The position numbers were made by a program, and so were the translations under genes. From Malacoraja senta (Eukaryota): a stretch of DNA of 56,514 nt. The number at the start of each line of letters is the position of its first letter. Position 1 is the first letter of the stretch. This document shows positions 11,488-24,221 of the stretch, piece by piece. The notes beneath the pieces were generated by a model, which saw nothing but the letters and a program-made list of their open reading frames with translations, was not told where the DNA came from and did no database searches. The stretch covers positions 186,001 to 242,514 of the forward strand of contig JAXLNO010000114.1 in the NCBI GenBank assembly GCA_038087875.1. The letters are read 5' to 3'.

Positions 11488-12750
11488 AGAAACGTAGAAA
11501 CAAAGAAACATAGAAAATAGGTGCAGGAATAGACCATTCGGCCCTTTGAGCCATCCAAAATCAGTGCCCGTTCCGGCTTTTTCCCCATATCCCTTGATTC
11601 CCTTAGCCCCAAGAGCTAAATCTAACTCTATTGTGAAAACATCCAGTGGATTGGCCTCCACTGCCTTCTGTGGCTGAGAATTCCACAGATTCACAACTCT
11701 CCGGGTTAAAAATGCTTTTCCTCATCTCAGTCCTAATTCTTAAACTGTGACCCCTGGTTCTGGACTCCCCCAACATCGGGAAGATATTTCCAGCATCTAC
11801 CCTGTAAAATCGTCCAAGAATTTAATATGTTTCTTTAAGATCTCCTCTCATCCTTCAAAATTCCAGCGAATACAAGCCTAGTCGACCCATTCTTTCATCA
11901 TATGTCAGTCCCGCCATCCCGGGAATTAACCTTGTGAACCTACGCTGCCTTCCCTCCATGGCAATAATGTCCTTCCTCAAATTAGGAGACCAAAACTGCA
12001 CACAATACTCCAGGTGCGGTCACAACAGGGCCCTGTACAACTGCAGTAGGACCTCCTTGTTTCTAAACTCAAATCCTCTCACAATGAAGGCCAACATGCC
12101 ATTAGCTTTCTTTATTACCTGCTGATACCTGCATGCTTACTTTCAGTGATTGATGTACAAACACACCAGGACATTTTGCATCTCCCCTTCTCCTAATCTG
12201 ACACCATTCAGATAATAATCTGCCTGCCTGATCCTGTCACCAAAGTGGATAACCTCACATTTATCCACATTATACTGCATCTGCCATGCTTCAGCCCAAT
12301 CACCCAACCTATCCAAGTCACCCTGCAGCCTCATAGCATCCTCCTCGCAGCTCACACTGCCACATAGCTATAGTATGTATCATCTGCAAACTTAGAGATG
12401 TTACATTTAATTCCCTCGTCTAAATCGTCATTTACATAGTTCCCCCATCTAACTCGTTATTTAATTCCCTCGTCTGTGAATTGACCTGATCTATTCCTCT
12501 CATGATTTTGCACATCTCTATAAGTTCACTCCTCATCCTCCTGCGCTCCAAGCAATAATGTCCCAGCCTGCACAATCTCCCTCTATAGCTCAGACCCTTG
12601 TATCCTAGCAACAGCCTCGTTAATCTTCTCTGCACCTTTTCCAGTTTGACATATTTGCACGATGACCAAAACTGAACACAATACAATAAATGTACTTTCA
12701 TCAACTGTAAGATGACCTCCCAACTTCTACACAATACTCTGACTGAGGAT
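11488..12750 (-). mobile_element. Two CR1 3' fragments (about 11488-12430 and 12475-12750)
   Basis: LQGDLDRLGDWAEAWQMQYNVDKCEVIHFG; YCVQFWS...LEKVQRR on the minus strand. Confidence 0.85.
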
Positions 12751-12789
12751 TTGAGTTTAGGAGCAAGAAGGTCCCACAGGGACCGGCTG

Positions 12790-13058
12790 AATAGGGCCCT
12801 GGTGAAACCACACCAGGAGTATTGTGTGCAATTTTGGTCTCCTAATTTGAGGAAGGACATTCTTGCTGTTGGGGCAGTGCAGCGTACGTTCACCAGGTTT
12901 ATTCCCGGGATGCCGGGACAGACATATGATAAAAGAATGGGTCGACTGGGCTTGTAGTCACTGGAATTTAGAAGGATGAGAGGATATCTTATAGAAACAT
13001 ATAAAATTCTCTGAGGATTGGACCAGGTAGATGCAGGAAAAATGTTCCAGATGTTGGG
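12790..13058 (+). mobile_element. CR1 fragment
   Basis: [25 protein letters not shown]. Confidence 0.85.
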
Positions 13059-13059
13059 A

Positions 13060-13495
13060 GGGATGGAATGGGTGATGATTCGCGTCGAGATCCTTCTTGA
13101 GACTGGTTAGGGATAAGAAAAGAGAGAGATATAGACGATGATGTAGAGAGATAAAGAACAATGAATTAAAGTTATGCAAAAAAGTAAGGATGATAAAGGA
13201 AACAGGTCATCAGCTGCATGTTGGGTGAAGCTGGTGCGAATTGGGTGGGAGAGGGAAAGCAAGGGTTTACTTGAAGTTAGGGAAATCAATATTCATACCA
13301 CTTAGTTTCTCTAATTTGCATTTAGCCTCACTCTGACAATGGAGGAGACCTTGGACAGAAAGGTCAGTGTGGGAATTGGAAGGATAATTAAATTGTGTAG
13401 CAACCGGAAGATCAGGTAGGTCCAGGCAGACTGAACGAAGGTGTTCAGCGAAATGACCGCCCAGTCTACGTTTGGTCTCGCCGATGTAAAATAAT
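13060..13495 (-). mobile_element. Degenerate Penelope-like 3' fragment
   Basis: Minus strand reads YIGETKRRLG.HFAEHLRSV; decayed terminal repeat near 13060-13110. Confidence 0.7.
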
Positions 13496-13749
13496 CTATC
13501 ATTTAGACTTTATCATTTACTGAGCTCATGACACACCAAAGCATCACCTGAGACTTATCGCAGTTCCTCTTCTGTTCCTCAGCTGGCTATTGGGAAACCT
13601 ACAGAATCTGGTCAGAATGAATGCACCTTTCTTATTGAATGCTCTGCGCATGTACCGAGGTACAGTTAAAAGCTTTGCTTTGCATGCTATATAATCAGGT
13701 TAGGTTACATTATACGTAAACACAACCAACCTCAATGCTTTTTCAAGAT

Positions 13750-14157
13750 GGCATGTATTCAAAAACAGGAATATAATGTTGAGGGTCTATAAGGCGCTGG
13801 TCAGGCCGCATTTGGAATATTGTGAGCAATTTTGGGCACCATATCTAAAGAAGGATGTGCTGGCTCTGGAGAGGGTCCAGAGGTTTACAAGAATGATCCC
13901 ATGAATGAGTAGGTTAAACTATAATGAGGTACACAACAATGCTGGAGAAACTCAGCGGGTGCAGCAGCATCTATGGAGCGAAGGAAATAGGCAACGTTTC
14001 GGGCCGAAACCCTTCTTTATAATGAGTGTTTGTCAGCGCTGGGCCTGTACTCGCTGGAGTTTAGATGAATAAGTGGGGACCTCGTTGAAAGGTTCATAAT
14101 AGTGAAAGACTTGGATAGAGTGGATGGGGAGAGGATGTTTCCATTAGTGGGAGAGTC
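13750..14157 (+). mobile_element. CR1 fragment carrying an 89-bp Penelope terminal-repeat insertion (13929-14017)
   Basis: [19 protein letters not shown] motif. The insertion is flanked by TATAATGAG at 13920-13928 and 14018-14026. Confidence 0.85.
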
Positions 14158-14357
14158 NNNNNNNNNNNNNNNNNNNNNNNNNNNNNNNNNNNNNNNNNNN
14201 NNNNNNNNNNNNNNNNNNNNNNNNNNNNNNNNNNNNNNNNNNNNNNNNNNNNNNNNNNNNNNNNNNNNNNNNNNNNNNNNNNNNNNNNNNNNNNNNNNNN
14301 NNNNNNNNNNNNNNNNNNNNNNNNNNNNNNNNNNNNNNNNNNNNNNNNNNNNNNNNN
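14158..14357. other. Assembly gap (200 N)
   Basis: Run of N. Confidence 1.
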
Positions 14358-14444
14358 CGGGCGGGGCGGGGGGATTCGGTGCGCGGGGGGGGGGGGCGGG
14401 GTCCGGGCCGCGGCCTCGCACCCGGGAGACAGTGACTGGGCCTG
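14358..14444 (+). promoter_or_regulatory. CpG-island fragment, paralog of 35120-35212
   Basis: GGGCGGGGCGGGGGGATTCGGTGCGCG...GCCGCGGCCTCGCACCCGGGAGACAGT is shared with the 35-kb copy; GC boxes. Confidence 0.6.
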
Positions 14445-14451
14445 TCTCTCT

Positions 14452-14500
<49 letters not shown>

Positions 14501-14648
14501 TCTCTCACTCTCTCTCTAACTGACTCTCTCCATCTCTCTATCTTTCCATCTCTCTCTCTCTCTGTGTTTCTTTCCCTGTCTTTCTCTCCCTGTCTCTCTC
14601 CCAGTCTCTCTCTCTCTGTCTCTCTCTCTGACTCTACCTGTCCCTATT

Positions 14649-14689
<41 letters not shown>

Positions 14690-14693
<4 letters not shown>

Positions 14694-15985
14694 TAACGGG
14701 TCCCTTTCAGAATGGCAGGCAGTGACTAGTGGGGTACCGCATGGCTCGGTGCTGGGACCGCAGCTATTTACAATATATATTAATGATTTGGATGAAGAGA
14801 TTCAAAGTAACATTAGCAAATTTGCAGATGACACAAAGCTGGTGGCCGTGTGAACTGTGAAGAGGATGCTATGAGAATGCAGGGTGACATGGACAGGTTG
14901 GGGGAGTGGGCAGATGCATGGCAGATGAAGTTTAATGCGGATAAATGTGAGATTATCCACTTTGGAAGCAAAAAGGGGAAGGCAGATTACTATCTAAATT
15001 GCATCGTTGGGAAACGGAAGTACAATGGGATCTGAGGGTCCTTGTACTTCAGTCTGTGAAAGTAAGCATGCAGGTACAGCAGGCTGTGAAGAAAGCGAAT
15101 GGCATATTGGCCTTTATAACAAGAGGAATCGAGTATAGGAGCAAAGAGGTCCTTCTGCAGTTGTACAGAGCCCTAGTGAGACCACACCTGGAGTATTGTG
15201 TGCAGTTTTGGTCCCGTAATTTGTGGTAGGACATTCTTGCTATTGAGGGAGGGCAGCGTAGGTTTACAAGGTTAATTCCCGTGATGGCGGGACTGTCATA
15301 TGCTGAGAGAATGGAGCAGCTGGGCTTGTACACTCTGGAGTTTAGAAGAATGAGAGGGGATCTCATTGAAACATATAAGATTGTTAAGGGTTTGGACACG
15401 CTAGAGGCAGGAAACATGTTCCCGATGTTGGGGGAGTTTAAGAATAAGGAGTAAGCCATTTCGAACGGAGACGAGGAAACACTATTTCTCACAGAGAGTG
15501 GTGAGTCTGTGGAATTCTCTGCCTCGGAGGGCGGTGGAGGAAGGTTCTCTGGATGCTTTCAAGAGAGAGCTAGATAGGGCTCTTAAAAATAGCGGAGTCA
15601 GGGGATATGGGGAGAAGGCAGGAACAGGGTACTGATTGGGGATGATCAGCCATGATCACATTGAATGGCGGTGCTGGCTTGAAGAGCCGAATGGCCTGCT
15701 CCTGCACCTATTGTCTATTGTCTATTATATCTCTATCTCTCTCCCTCTCTTTATCCCTCTCTTTATCCCTCTCTTTCTCCCTCTCTCTATCCCTCTCTCT
15801 ATCCCTCTCTCTATCTGTGGGATGTACAAGAGAGTTAGATTTAGCTCTTAAGCTAACGGAATCAAGGAATATGGGGAGGAAGTAGGAACGGAGTACTGAT
15901 TGTGGTGATCAGCCATGATCATATTGAATGGCGGTGCTGGCTTGAAGGGCTGAATGGCCTACTCCTGCACCTATTGTCTATGTTA
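14690..15985 (+). mobile_element. CR1 RT/3' fragments (about 14690-15725 and 15825-15985)
   Basis: [29 protein letters not shown]-terminal motifs, TATTGTC tail. Confidence 0.9.
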
Positions 15986-16876
15986 CCTTATCCCAACTAA
16001 CAATGATCTATTCCACATTTTCCTTGAACTCCATTCGATATGTCCTGTTTTCACTCCTTACACTTCCTTATCTCTCTACATCCCATCACTGAAGAAGGGT
16101 CTTGACCTAAAACGTCACGGATTCCTTCTCTCCACAGACGCTGCCCGACCCACTGAATGACTCCAGCACTGTGCGACCTTCTTCCCATGATGCATTCTGC
16201 CCCCTGCAATGGCACGGGTGGGGCCGGCAGTCCCCCTCAGATGGGCAGTGACGCCAGGGCGCCGATTGTACACGCCGTCCGTGCGTGTGGCTGATGTCAC
16301 AGTGCTGTGCGGGCGGGAGGCTCGACACAGTTCATGAATGTTCGGCGCCCCCTCGCCCACTCATGCCTCCCCCACATGACTCAGCGCCAATCCCCAGCGC
16401 TACGGTGCCGCCTGTCCCCCTCGAATTAGCGGTGACGTCAGGGCGCCGGTGGTGCGCGCAGTGTGTGCAGCAGACGTCATGGCGCAGGGCGGGGAGACGT
16501 GCGGGCGGCTCGACTCAGTGCCAGGATGCTCGGCACCCCCCAGTTCAGTGCGCCGCCCCTTCACCCACTTGCCTCCTCAACCCTCATATTCCGCCCCTTC
16601 TTCCCTCACAACACACCATCCCTTCTCCCCCTCCACTCACTTCCACCGTCCTCATCCCTGTCCCCATTTCCGCCCTTGCCTCCTCACAACCTCTCCCCTC
16701 CTTCCCCACTTCCTATCATCCCTCTCACTCCCCCATCCCCTCCCTGCTCACCCCCCACTCCAACCCCCGCAATACCCCCACTCGACCCCCGCCCCCCTTT
16801 CAAGCACTAGTAATGTTCACGCGTTAGTAATGTCCTGTTTGCCAGCTTATTGACCCTCTGTGTTCACGTCCTGCAG

Positions 16877-18535
16877 GGTTTAGGAGCCGTTGCTGTTGGC
16901 GGAGAGACGAGGACGTGAATGGCCATAGAGGGCGGCCAGGGTGCCGATGAGCGCCCCCACCCCCTTCTGCTCGGTGTGTGGGCTGAGCTTTGAGGTGCTG
17001 AGCTTTGGTGGAGGACCACATGGCGGGGCACAACAAGGAGAAGCGTTATGAGTGCGATGTGTGTGGCAAGGCCTGGCGGTGCCCGAGCGAGCTGGAGGCC
17101 CACCGGCGTGTTCACACGGGAGAACGCCCCTTTGACTGCACAGAGTGCGGCAAGAGCTTCAAGACGGCGAGTGACCTGAAGGTCCACCAGCGAGTGCACA
17201 CGGGCGAGAGGGCCCTATGGCTGCTCCACCTGTGGCAGGAGCTTTACCCAGTTGTCGGGGCTGCGGGAGCATCAGGTGGGGCACAGCAGTGAGTGGCCTT
17301 TCACCTGCTCCGACTGTGGCAAAGGCTTCAAGTCTTCACCGGTACTGAAGGTGCATAGGCGCCTGCACACCGGGGAGCGTCCCTACACCTGCACCCTGTG
17401 CGGCAAGGGCTTCACCCACTCCAAAAACCTGCTGGTCCACCAGCGCAGCCACACCGGTGAGCGCCCCTACACCTGCACCCAGTGCGGCAAGGGCTACTCC
17501 CGCTCCAGCAGCCTGCTGGTACACCAGCGCACCCACACCGGCGAGCGCCCCTATATCTGCACCCAATGCGGCAAGGGATTTACCCGCTCCACACATCTGC
17601 TGTCCCACCAGCGGGTGCACTCCGGCGAGAGGCCCTTTGACTGTTCCGACTGCGGCAAGGACTTCAAGCAGGCGCAACAGCTGAAGGTCCACCGGCGAGT
17701 GCACACGGGTGAGAAGCCCCATGGCTGCTCCACCTGCGGCAAGAGCTTTGCCCGGTCGTCGGGGCTATGCCAGCACCGGCGGGTGCACAGCAGTGAGCGG
17801 CCCTTCACCTGCTCTGACTGTGGCAAAGGCTTCAAGTCGTCCGCTCACCTGAAGGTGCACAGGAGCCTGCACACTGGGGAGCGGCCCTACACTTGCAGCG
17901 ACTGTGGCATGGGCTTCACCCAGTCCACCAGGCTGCTCGGGCACCAGCGCACCCACATCGACGAGTGCCCCTAAACCTGCGGCCAGTGCGGCAAGGGCTT
18001 CACCCGCTCCACCAAGCTGCTGTCCACCAGCGGGTGCACGCCGGCGACCGTCCCGTCCCCAGCCCGGGGTGTGGAGAGCGCTTTGCCATGGCCTTGCACT
18101 CCCTGTCTCACTAGCACATGCACACCAGTGGCCAGCCCTACGACTGCCCTTACTGTGGTGAGGCGTTTGACAGCTCGTGGGGGTTGTGGCGTCACCGGCG
18201 GGCCCATGCTGGCGAGCAGCTGCTCCCACTGCAGCATGTGTTTCAAGAGTGCAAGGGGGCTGCGGGAGCACCAGCTGATGCACACCAGAGAGAGACCCTT
18301 TGTGTGCATTGAATGTGGCAAGGGTTTCACCTGTGTCTGTGGCAGCACTGCGTACCAACAATGTTGAGTGTCCCTTCCCCTGCCTGCCCTGTGGTAAGGG
18401 CTTCACCCGCCTTGACCACCCGCTGAAGCACCAGCGAGTCCACACCGGCCAGCGCCCCTTCACCTGCCCGCTCTCTGGCAAGGCCTTTGCCTGCTCCTCC
18501 AGCCTGCTGTCACACCGCCACATGGATAGGCGCTG
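16877..18535 (+). pseudogene. C2H2 zinc-finger array exon, copy A (about 17 fingers, several degenerate)
   Basis: Acceptor ...GTCCTGCAG at 16876; CxxC...HxxxH repeats with TGERPY linkers. The ATG seen in the paralogs is GTG here; frameshift near 17210, TAA at 17972, further lesions downstream. Confidence 0.88.
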
Positions 18536-19107
18536 TTTCGGTAAACACAAAATTCTGGAAGGAATGGGTGACGTTTCAGGTCGAGACCCTCCTCAGTCTT
18601 GACCCGAAACCCCACCCAAACCTTCTCTCCAGAGATGCTGCCTGTCCCGCTGAGTTACTCCAGCATTTTGTTTCCTTTTTTGTAAACCAGCATCTGCAGT
18701 TCCTTGTTTTTAAACCATTCTGGTTAACCATCTCTGCATCTTCCCCAAAGCCTCCACATCAGTCCTGTAATGGAGTGACCAGAACTGTATGCAATAATCC
18801 AAATGCTACCTGACGAATGTCCCTTAAAGCTGCACATATACCCTCCTCTGTCCTTACCTCACACCCTTTTATCCCCTTATTTTCCCTCGCCTCTGTCACT
18901 TACTTCACTCATCTGGCAATCACCCCCTCATCTGTTAACATAGTGTCAGTCTGAAGAAGGGTCCTGACCCGAAATGTCATCTATCCATGTTCTCCACAGA
19001 TGCTGTCTGACCCGCCGAGTTACTCCAGCGCTCTGTGAAACGTCACCTATCCATGTTCTGCACAGATGCTGCCAGACCCGCCAAGTTACTGCAGCACTCC
19101 GTGTTAG

Positions 19108-19802
19108 TCAAGTCAAGTCACATTTATTTATATAGTACATTTAAAAAACAACTCTCGTTGGCCAAAGTGCTTTTCTTTTGTTATAAGAATAGCACAAACA
19201 AAACAAACTACATACATATATACATGTAGCCCTCACTCAGAGGACGCAGGAAAGGCTTGGGAGTATAGATAAGTCTTGACTTAAAAGAGTCGATGGAGGG
19301 GGCAGTTCTGATGGGAAAGGGGATGCTGTTCCACAGTCATGGGGCTGCAACCGCAAAGGCGCGGTCGCCCCTGAGCTTATGCCTAGACCGTCGGATATTA
19401 AGCAACCCCAAGTTGGCCGATCTGAGGGGCCTGGAGGTGGAGTGGTGGGTGAGAAGACTTTTTATGTAGGTGGGGGCAAGCCCATTGAGGGCTTTGTAGA
19501 CATGGAGGAGGATCTTGAAGTTTATACGGAACCGCACAGGGAGCCAGTGGAGAGAGGCCAGGATTGGGGTGATGTGGTCCCTTTTTTGGGTGCCCGTCAG
19601 GAGTCTCGCTGCGGCGTTTTGGACCAGTTGCAGGCGGGACAGGGAAGATTGGCTGATGCCGGTGTAAAGGGAGTTGCAGTAATCTAGGCGGGAGGAGATG
19701 AATCTGTGGATGATCTTTTCGAGGTCATCAAACTGGAGGAATTGTTTTATTTTAGCTATCGTCTGAAGCTGAAAGAAGCTAGCTTTTACCATGGCATTGA
19801 CT
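19108..19802 (-). mobile_element. L2-type LINE 3' fragment
   Basis: FISSRLDYCNSLY...LQLVQNAAARLL...HITPILASLHWLPV...FKILL; (CTTGA)n tail; TGTTAG repeat at both ends; absent from the paralogous arm near 30740. Confidence 0.88.
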
Positions 19803-20894
19803 TGTTAGGGTCATAGAGTGTGGAAACAGGCCCTTCAGCCCAACTTACCCACACCTACCTACGTGTCTCAACTACAATAGTCCCACCTGCCTGCTTTTGG
19901 TACATATCCCTCCAAACTTGTCCTATCCATGCACCCATCAAACTGTTTCTTAAACGTTGGGATAGTCCCAGCCTCAACCTCCTCCTCTGGCAGCTTGGTC
20001 TAGCATTTTGTGTCCACCTATCACTTGCCAGGCTTTGTCCAGCCCCCATCTCTCTTTTCCAGCTTCCTCCCCCCACCCTCTCCAATCAGTCTGAAGAAGG
20101 GTCCTGACTCAAAATGTTGTCTGTCCATTCCCTCTAAAGCGGCGGAGGAACTCAGTGGGTCAGGCCGCATGTGTAGAAGGAAGGGAATCTAAGGCGACCA
20201 CTCCCACCTCTCCTTTCCAACTTTCTCCACCCCCACACCAAGTAGTCTGAAGAAGGGTCCTGACCTAGAATGTTGCCTGTCCATGCTCTCCAGAGGTACA
20301 AGTTACTCCAGGAGATTGTGTCTCTTTTTGTAAACCAGCAGTTCCTTGTATCTAGACTAGGCGTGCATTTCACCCTACATTTGCGCTCGGTCCGCCAAGG
20401 CCTGCTGGATCTCCCGGTTGCCAACAATTTTAACTCCTCTTCCCACTCCCACATTTATCTTTCTGTCCTGGGCCTCTTCCATTGCCAGAGTGAGGTGACA
20501 CACAAACTACAAGAACAGCACCTCCTAGCTTACAGCCCAATGACATGAACATTGAATTCTCCAAATTAAGGAGACATCCCCCATCGTGGGCCATCTCTTC
20601 ATCATTCCTCTGTCTTCTTCTCGCTGGCGAAAGGCGTCAGGATTAATCCGGAGTCACCGCTTCCCGTCCCCAGCCGTTTCTCCTCAACTCCGAACGTTGG
20701 GATCTCGCTCTCCGCCCCTGGACGTCGGCAAGATTCTGTCTGCGGTAATCAAGGACTTTTGCTCGTCAACCCGATGGAGCCAAGTCGTATTCCAATGAAG
20801 TAATTGTCTTATTTGTGGAAGAAATTAATTTAGAGGGAAATTAAAGGAAAATGAAAAGCGGAGACTTTGCAGATGTGCTTCAAGATCTTATTGC

Positions 20895-21115
20895 ATGACT
20901 AGACTAAGTGGGACCGTTGGGTCCCAGTCACACAGGAGACCTGATTCCCCCAATGCAACCCGCTCCCCAACGCAATATTCCACCACTCACCTGTTCCCCC
21001 AACGCAACCCGTTCCCCCAAGGCAATATTCCACCACTCAGGGGAGGGGTGTGGGGAGGGGGTGTGTGGGGGAGGGGTGGGAATGGAGGGTGTGGGGAGGA
21101 GGGGTGTGTGTGAGG
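20895..21115 (+). mobile_element. Possible non-autonomous Helitron-like element, 5' part
   Basis: Starts ACTAGACTAAGTGGGACCGTTGGGTCCC, homologous to the start of the element at 27811. Confidence 0.35.
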
Positions 21116-21639
21116 GAATGATGAATACGTCAAACAGATGGTTAATACAAGTCAAACACAATACAAGGGAATCTTGACATTATTCTATCTCATCTTTCAG
21201 GCGGCCCACACCACCATCCCATTCCAAGCCAAACATCCCATTTACTGCAACATATCTATGCTACTAGCAGTAGGGGGCACGGGAGATCCTCTGTAACGCC
21301 TCACATAAGAGTAAACAAGCTTCGTTATCTGCTCTGCTATTTCACGTTTACATTTACCATCCACCCTTCACACATTCCCAGACAAGAGGTAATACGTCTA
21401 ATCTTATACTTTGTCAATTCCCACAACCTCTTCTGCACCTGGTCAAGCGAGAGCTGCCAATTGTCACATCCAATACAACCTTTCATTACCTTGTTCAATT
21501 CCAATCAAAATTAAATAAGGAAAGATATTAATTTTTCTTCCACAGTTCCCTCCTTGTTGATCAACACTGAGAGTAAGAAAGGATATTAATATTTTCTCTC
21601 ATTAATCAGTTGCAAAAATGGAGCCATACAGGTCCGATT

Positions 21640-21800
21640 ATAATTTTGGTTGGGGCAAGCAAAGAGATTGTGCATGCGAAGGAATATGGGCACAAACCCA
21701 ACATTCTAATCAGATAAGGAAGCTTGTTTACTTCCAGCAGCGAGTTCACTGTGTTCTGTGTGGAAGCCGTTCGTTGGATTTCAAACTCCAAATTCTACCT
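21640..21800 (-). mobile_element. Possible ERV env (SU) remnant
   Basis: Minus strand encodes ECWVCAHIPSHAQ (gamma-type CWxC motif), downstream of and on the same strand as the pol remnant. Confidence 0.45.
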
Positions 21801-21910
21801 TCTGTTTAGACCTAGATGCCTCACTTCACCCTCGTATTCTCTCTCATCCCACACTATATTCATGTATTTTACACTACAAAGGTAGTTAATAAGGAATATG
21901 TCTACATTTT

Positions 21911-22843
21911 AGACAATAGAGAATAGGTGCAGCAGTTGGCCATTCGGCACATCGAGCAAGCACCACCATTCAATGTGATGATCATGGCTGATCATCCCCA
22001 ATCAGTACCCCGTTCCTGCCTTCTCCCCATATCCCCTGACTCCGCTATCTTCAAGAGCCCCATCCAGCTCTCTCTTAAAACCATCCAGAGAACCTGCCTC
22101 CACCGCTCTCTGAGGCAGAGAATTCCACACACTCACAACTCTCTGTGGGAAAAAGTGTCTCCTCGTCTCCATTCTAAATGGGCTACTCCTTATTCCTAAA
22201 CTGTGGCCCCTGGTTCTGGACTCCCCCAACATTGGGAACATGTTTCCTGCCTCCAGCGTATCCAAACCCTTAACAATCTTATATGTTTCAATAAGATCCC
22301 CACTCATCCTTCTAAACTCCAGAGTGTACAAGCCCAGCTGCTTCATTCTCTCAGCATATGACAGTCCCTCCATCCCGGGAATTAACCTTGTAAACCTATG
22401 CTGCACTTCCTCAATAGCAAGAATGTCCTTCCTCAAATTAGGGGACCAAAACTGCACACAATACTCCAGGTGTGGTCTCACTAGGGCTCTATACAACTGC
22501 AGAAGGACCTCTTTGCTCCTATACTCGATTCCTCTTGTTATAAGGCCAACATGCCATTCGCTTTCTTCACTACCTGCTGTTCCTGCATGCTTACTTTCAT
22601 AGACTGATGAACAAGGACCCCCAGATCCCACTGTACTTCCCCTTTTACCAACTTGACGCTGTTTTTGATACCAAAGTGGATAACCTCACATTTATCCGCG
22701 TTAAACTTCATCTGCCATGCATCTGCCCACTCCCCCAACCTGTCCAAGTCACCCTGCATTCTCATAGCATCCTGCTCACAGTTCACACTGCCACCCAGCT
22801 TTGTGTCATCTGCAAATTTGCTAATGTTACTTTGAATCCCTTC
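21911..22843 (-). mobile_element. CR1 3' fragment inserted in the ERV remnant
   Basis: CR1 C-terminal motifs; CATTTTAG at both junctions. Confidence 0.9.
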
Positions 22844-22846
22844 ATT

Positions 22847-23320
22847 TTAGGATCTTAATAAATTTAAGATCAGTGGATCACGCTTAATAGTCTTTCCTGT
22901 TGATGTGATGAATCCTCTATTTTTCCATAACTGCCCAAAGTCATGTACAACTCCAAACGCATAGCAAGAATCGGTGAAGATATTAGCACTTGTATCTTTT
23001 GCCAATATGCAGGCACGAGTCGGTTCGTACAGCTCAGCTGCAGTGGATGTACTGGATGGTAAAGCGTACACCTCCAACACTTGGTGTGGTGTGACCACTG
23101 CATATCCTGCTGTTAATCTGTCATCGCTAGGTCGGTGTGAAGAGCCATCGGTAAATAGGACCAGATCAGGATTATGAATCGGATGATTGTAAGTCCAGCC
23201 GGGGAATGGCAGTGGCTTCGACAAGCAACAGACAATCATGGTCGCATTCTTCTTCTGGCAGTGGTACAAAGGTAGCTGGGTTTATAGCAGGTGATGGCTG
23301 ATAAGTTCGGATGTGATAGG
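22847..23320 (-). mobile_element. Class I (gamma/epsilon-like) endogenous retrovirus pol fragment: tether + RNase H
   Basis: INPATFVPLPEEECDHDCLLLVEATAIPRLDLQ, a frameshift, then NPDLVLFTDGSS...AGYAVV...AAEL...ANIFTDSCYAFGVVHDFGQLWKNRGFITSTGKTIK. Confidence 0.9.
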
Positions 23321-23349
23321 CATGAGATTTCTCCGTGGATTTTGAAATT

Positions 23350-23580
23350 CAGATGTACGGATGCCAGCACGGCCTTGAGCTGGTTGAGGAAGGTGGAGGA
23401 GAGAGTGGCGAGGAGATCGGCCAGTCCGCTGCTGTCCTTGCCGAGCAGCTGCGGTGTTGCCAGGGACTGCCGTCTCGACGTACGCCTTCACCAGAGAGAA
23501 GTACCGGCACATCACCTCCCACACAAAGGCTGCCGTCCAGCGGGCTGGATCTGGGTGCCATTGCCAGTGCCAAGCTGGTG
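23350..23580 (-). pseudogene. VPS51: VPS51-derived coding fragment with an internal deletion
   Basis: Minus strand gives AAFVWEVMCRYFSLV and RQSLATPQLLGKDSSGLADLLATLSSTFLNQLKAVLASVHL, matching my recollection of VPS51 (AAFARQLGSRYFALV; RQALAAPRVAGKEGPGLAELLANVASSILSHIKASLAAVHL). Confidence 0.75.
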
Positions 23581-23659
23581 GTCTTTGTGGGAGAGGTGAT
23601 GGTCTCGGACTCCTGGCCATGGGCATCGTGGTGATTGAGGCCGCAGACCGGCTGCACCG

Positions 23660-24221
23660 CGACCTGCCTGTGCATCAACAGGTCTGGCGATGACTTGAAG
23701 CCTTTGCCGCAGTTGGAGCAGGTGAAGGGCCGCTCACTGCTGTGTACCCACCAGTGCAGCCGCAGCCCCGACAACTGGGCAAAGCTCTTGCCACAGATGA
23801 AGCAGCCGAAGAGCTTCTCGCCCGTGTTCACTCGCTGCTGCATATTCAGCTCATGCGTTGTCTTGGAGCTCTTGCCACATTCGGAGCAGCCGAAGGGCCA
23901 CTCGCCGGAGTGCTCGCGGTTCTGCCGCAGCAGTCTGTCGTAGCGGGTGAAGCTCTTTCCGCACTCCGAGCAGTCAAAGGATGTTCTCCCGTGTGCACCC
24001 GCCGGTGGGTCTCCAGCTTGCTCGGGCTCGGCCAGGCCTTGCCACACACGTCGCACTCATAAAGCTTCTTGTTGTGCCCCGTCATGTGGTCCTCCATCGA
24101 AGCTCAGCCCCTCAAAGCTCAGTCCGCACACCGAGCAGATGGGGGGCTCACCGGCACCCTGGCCGCCCTCAATGGCCGCTCATGTCCCTGTCTCTCCGTC
24201 CACAGCAACAGCTCCTAAACC
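23660..24221 (-). pseudogene. C2H2 zinc-finger exon, copy C (about 5 fingers, truncated)
   Basis: Same acceptor and leader MEDHMTGHNKK.YECDVCGKAW; frameshift after finger 1; loss of His ligands; ends abruptly. Confidence 0.85.
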
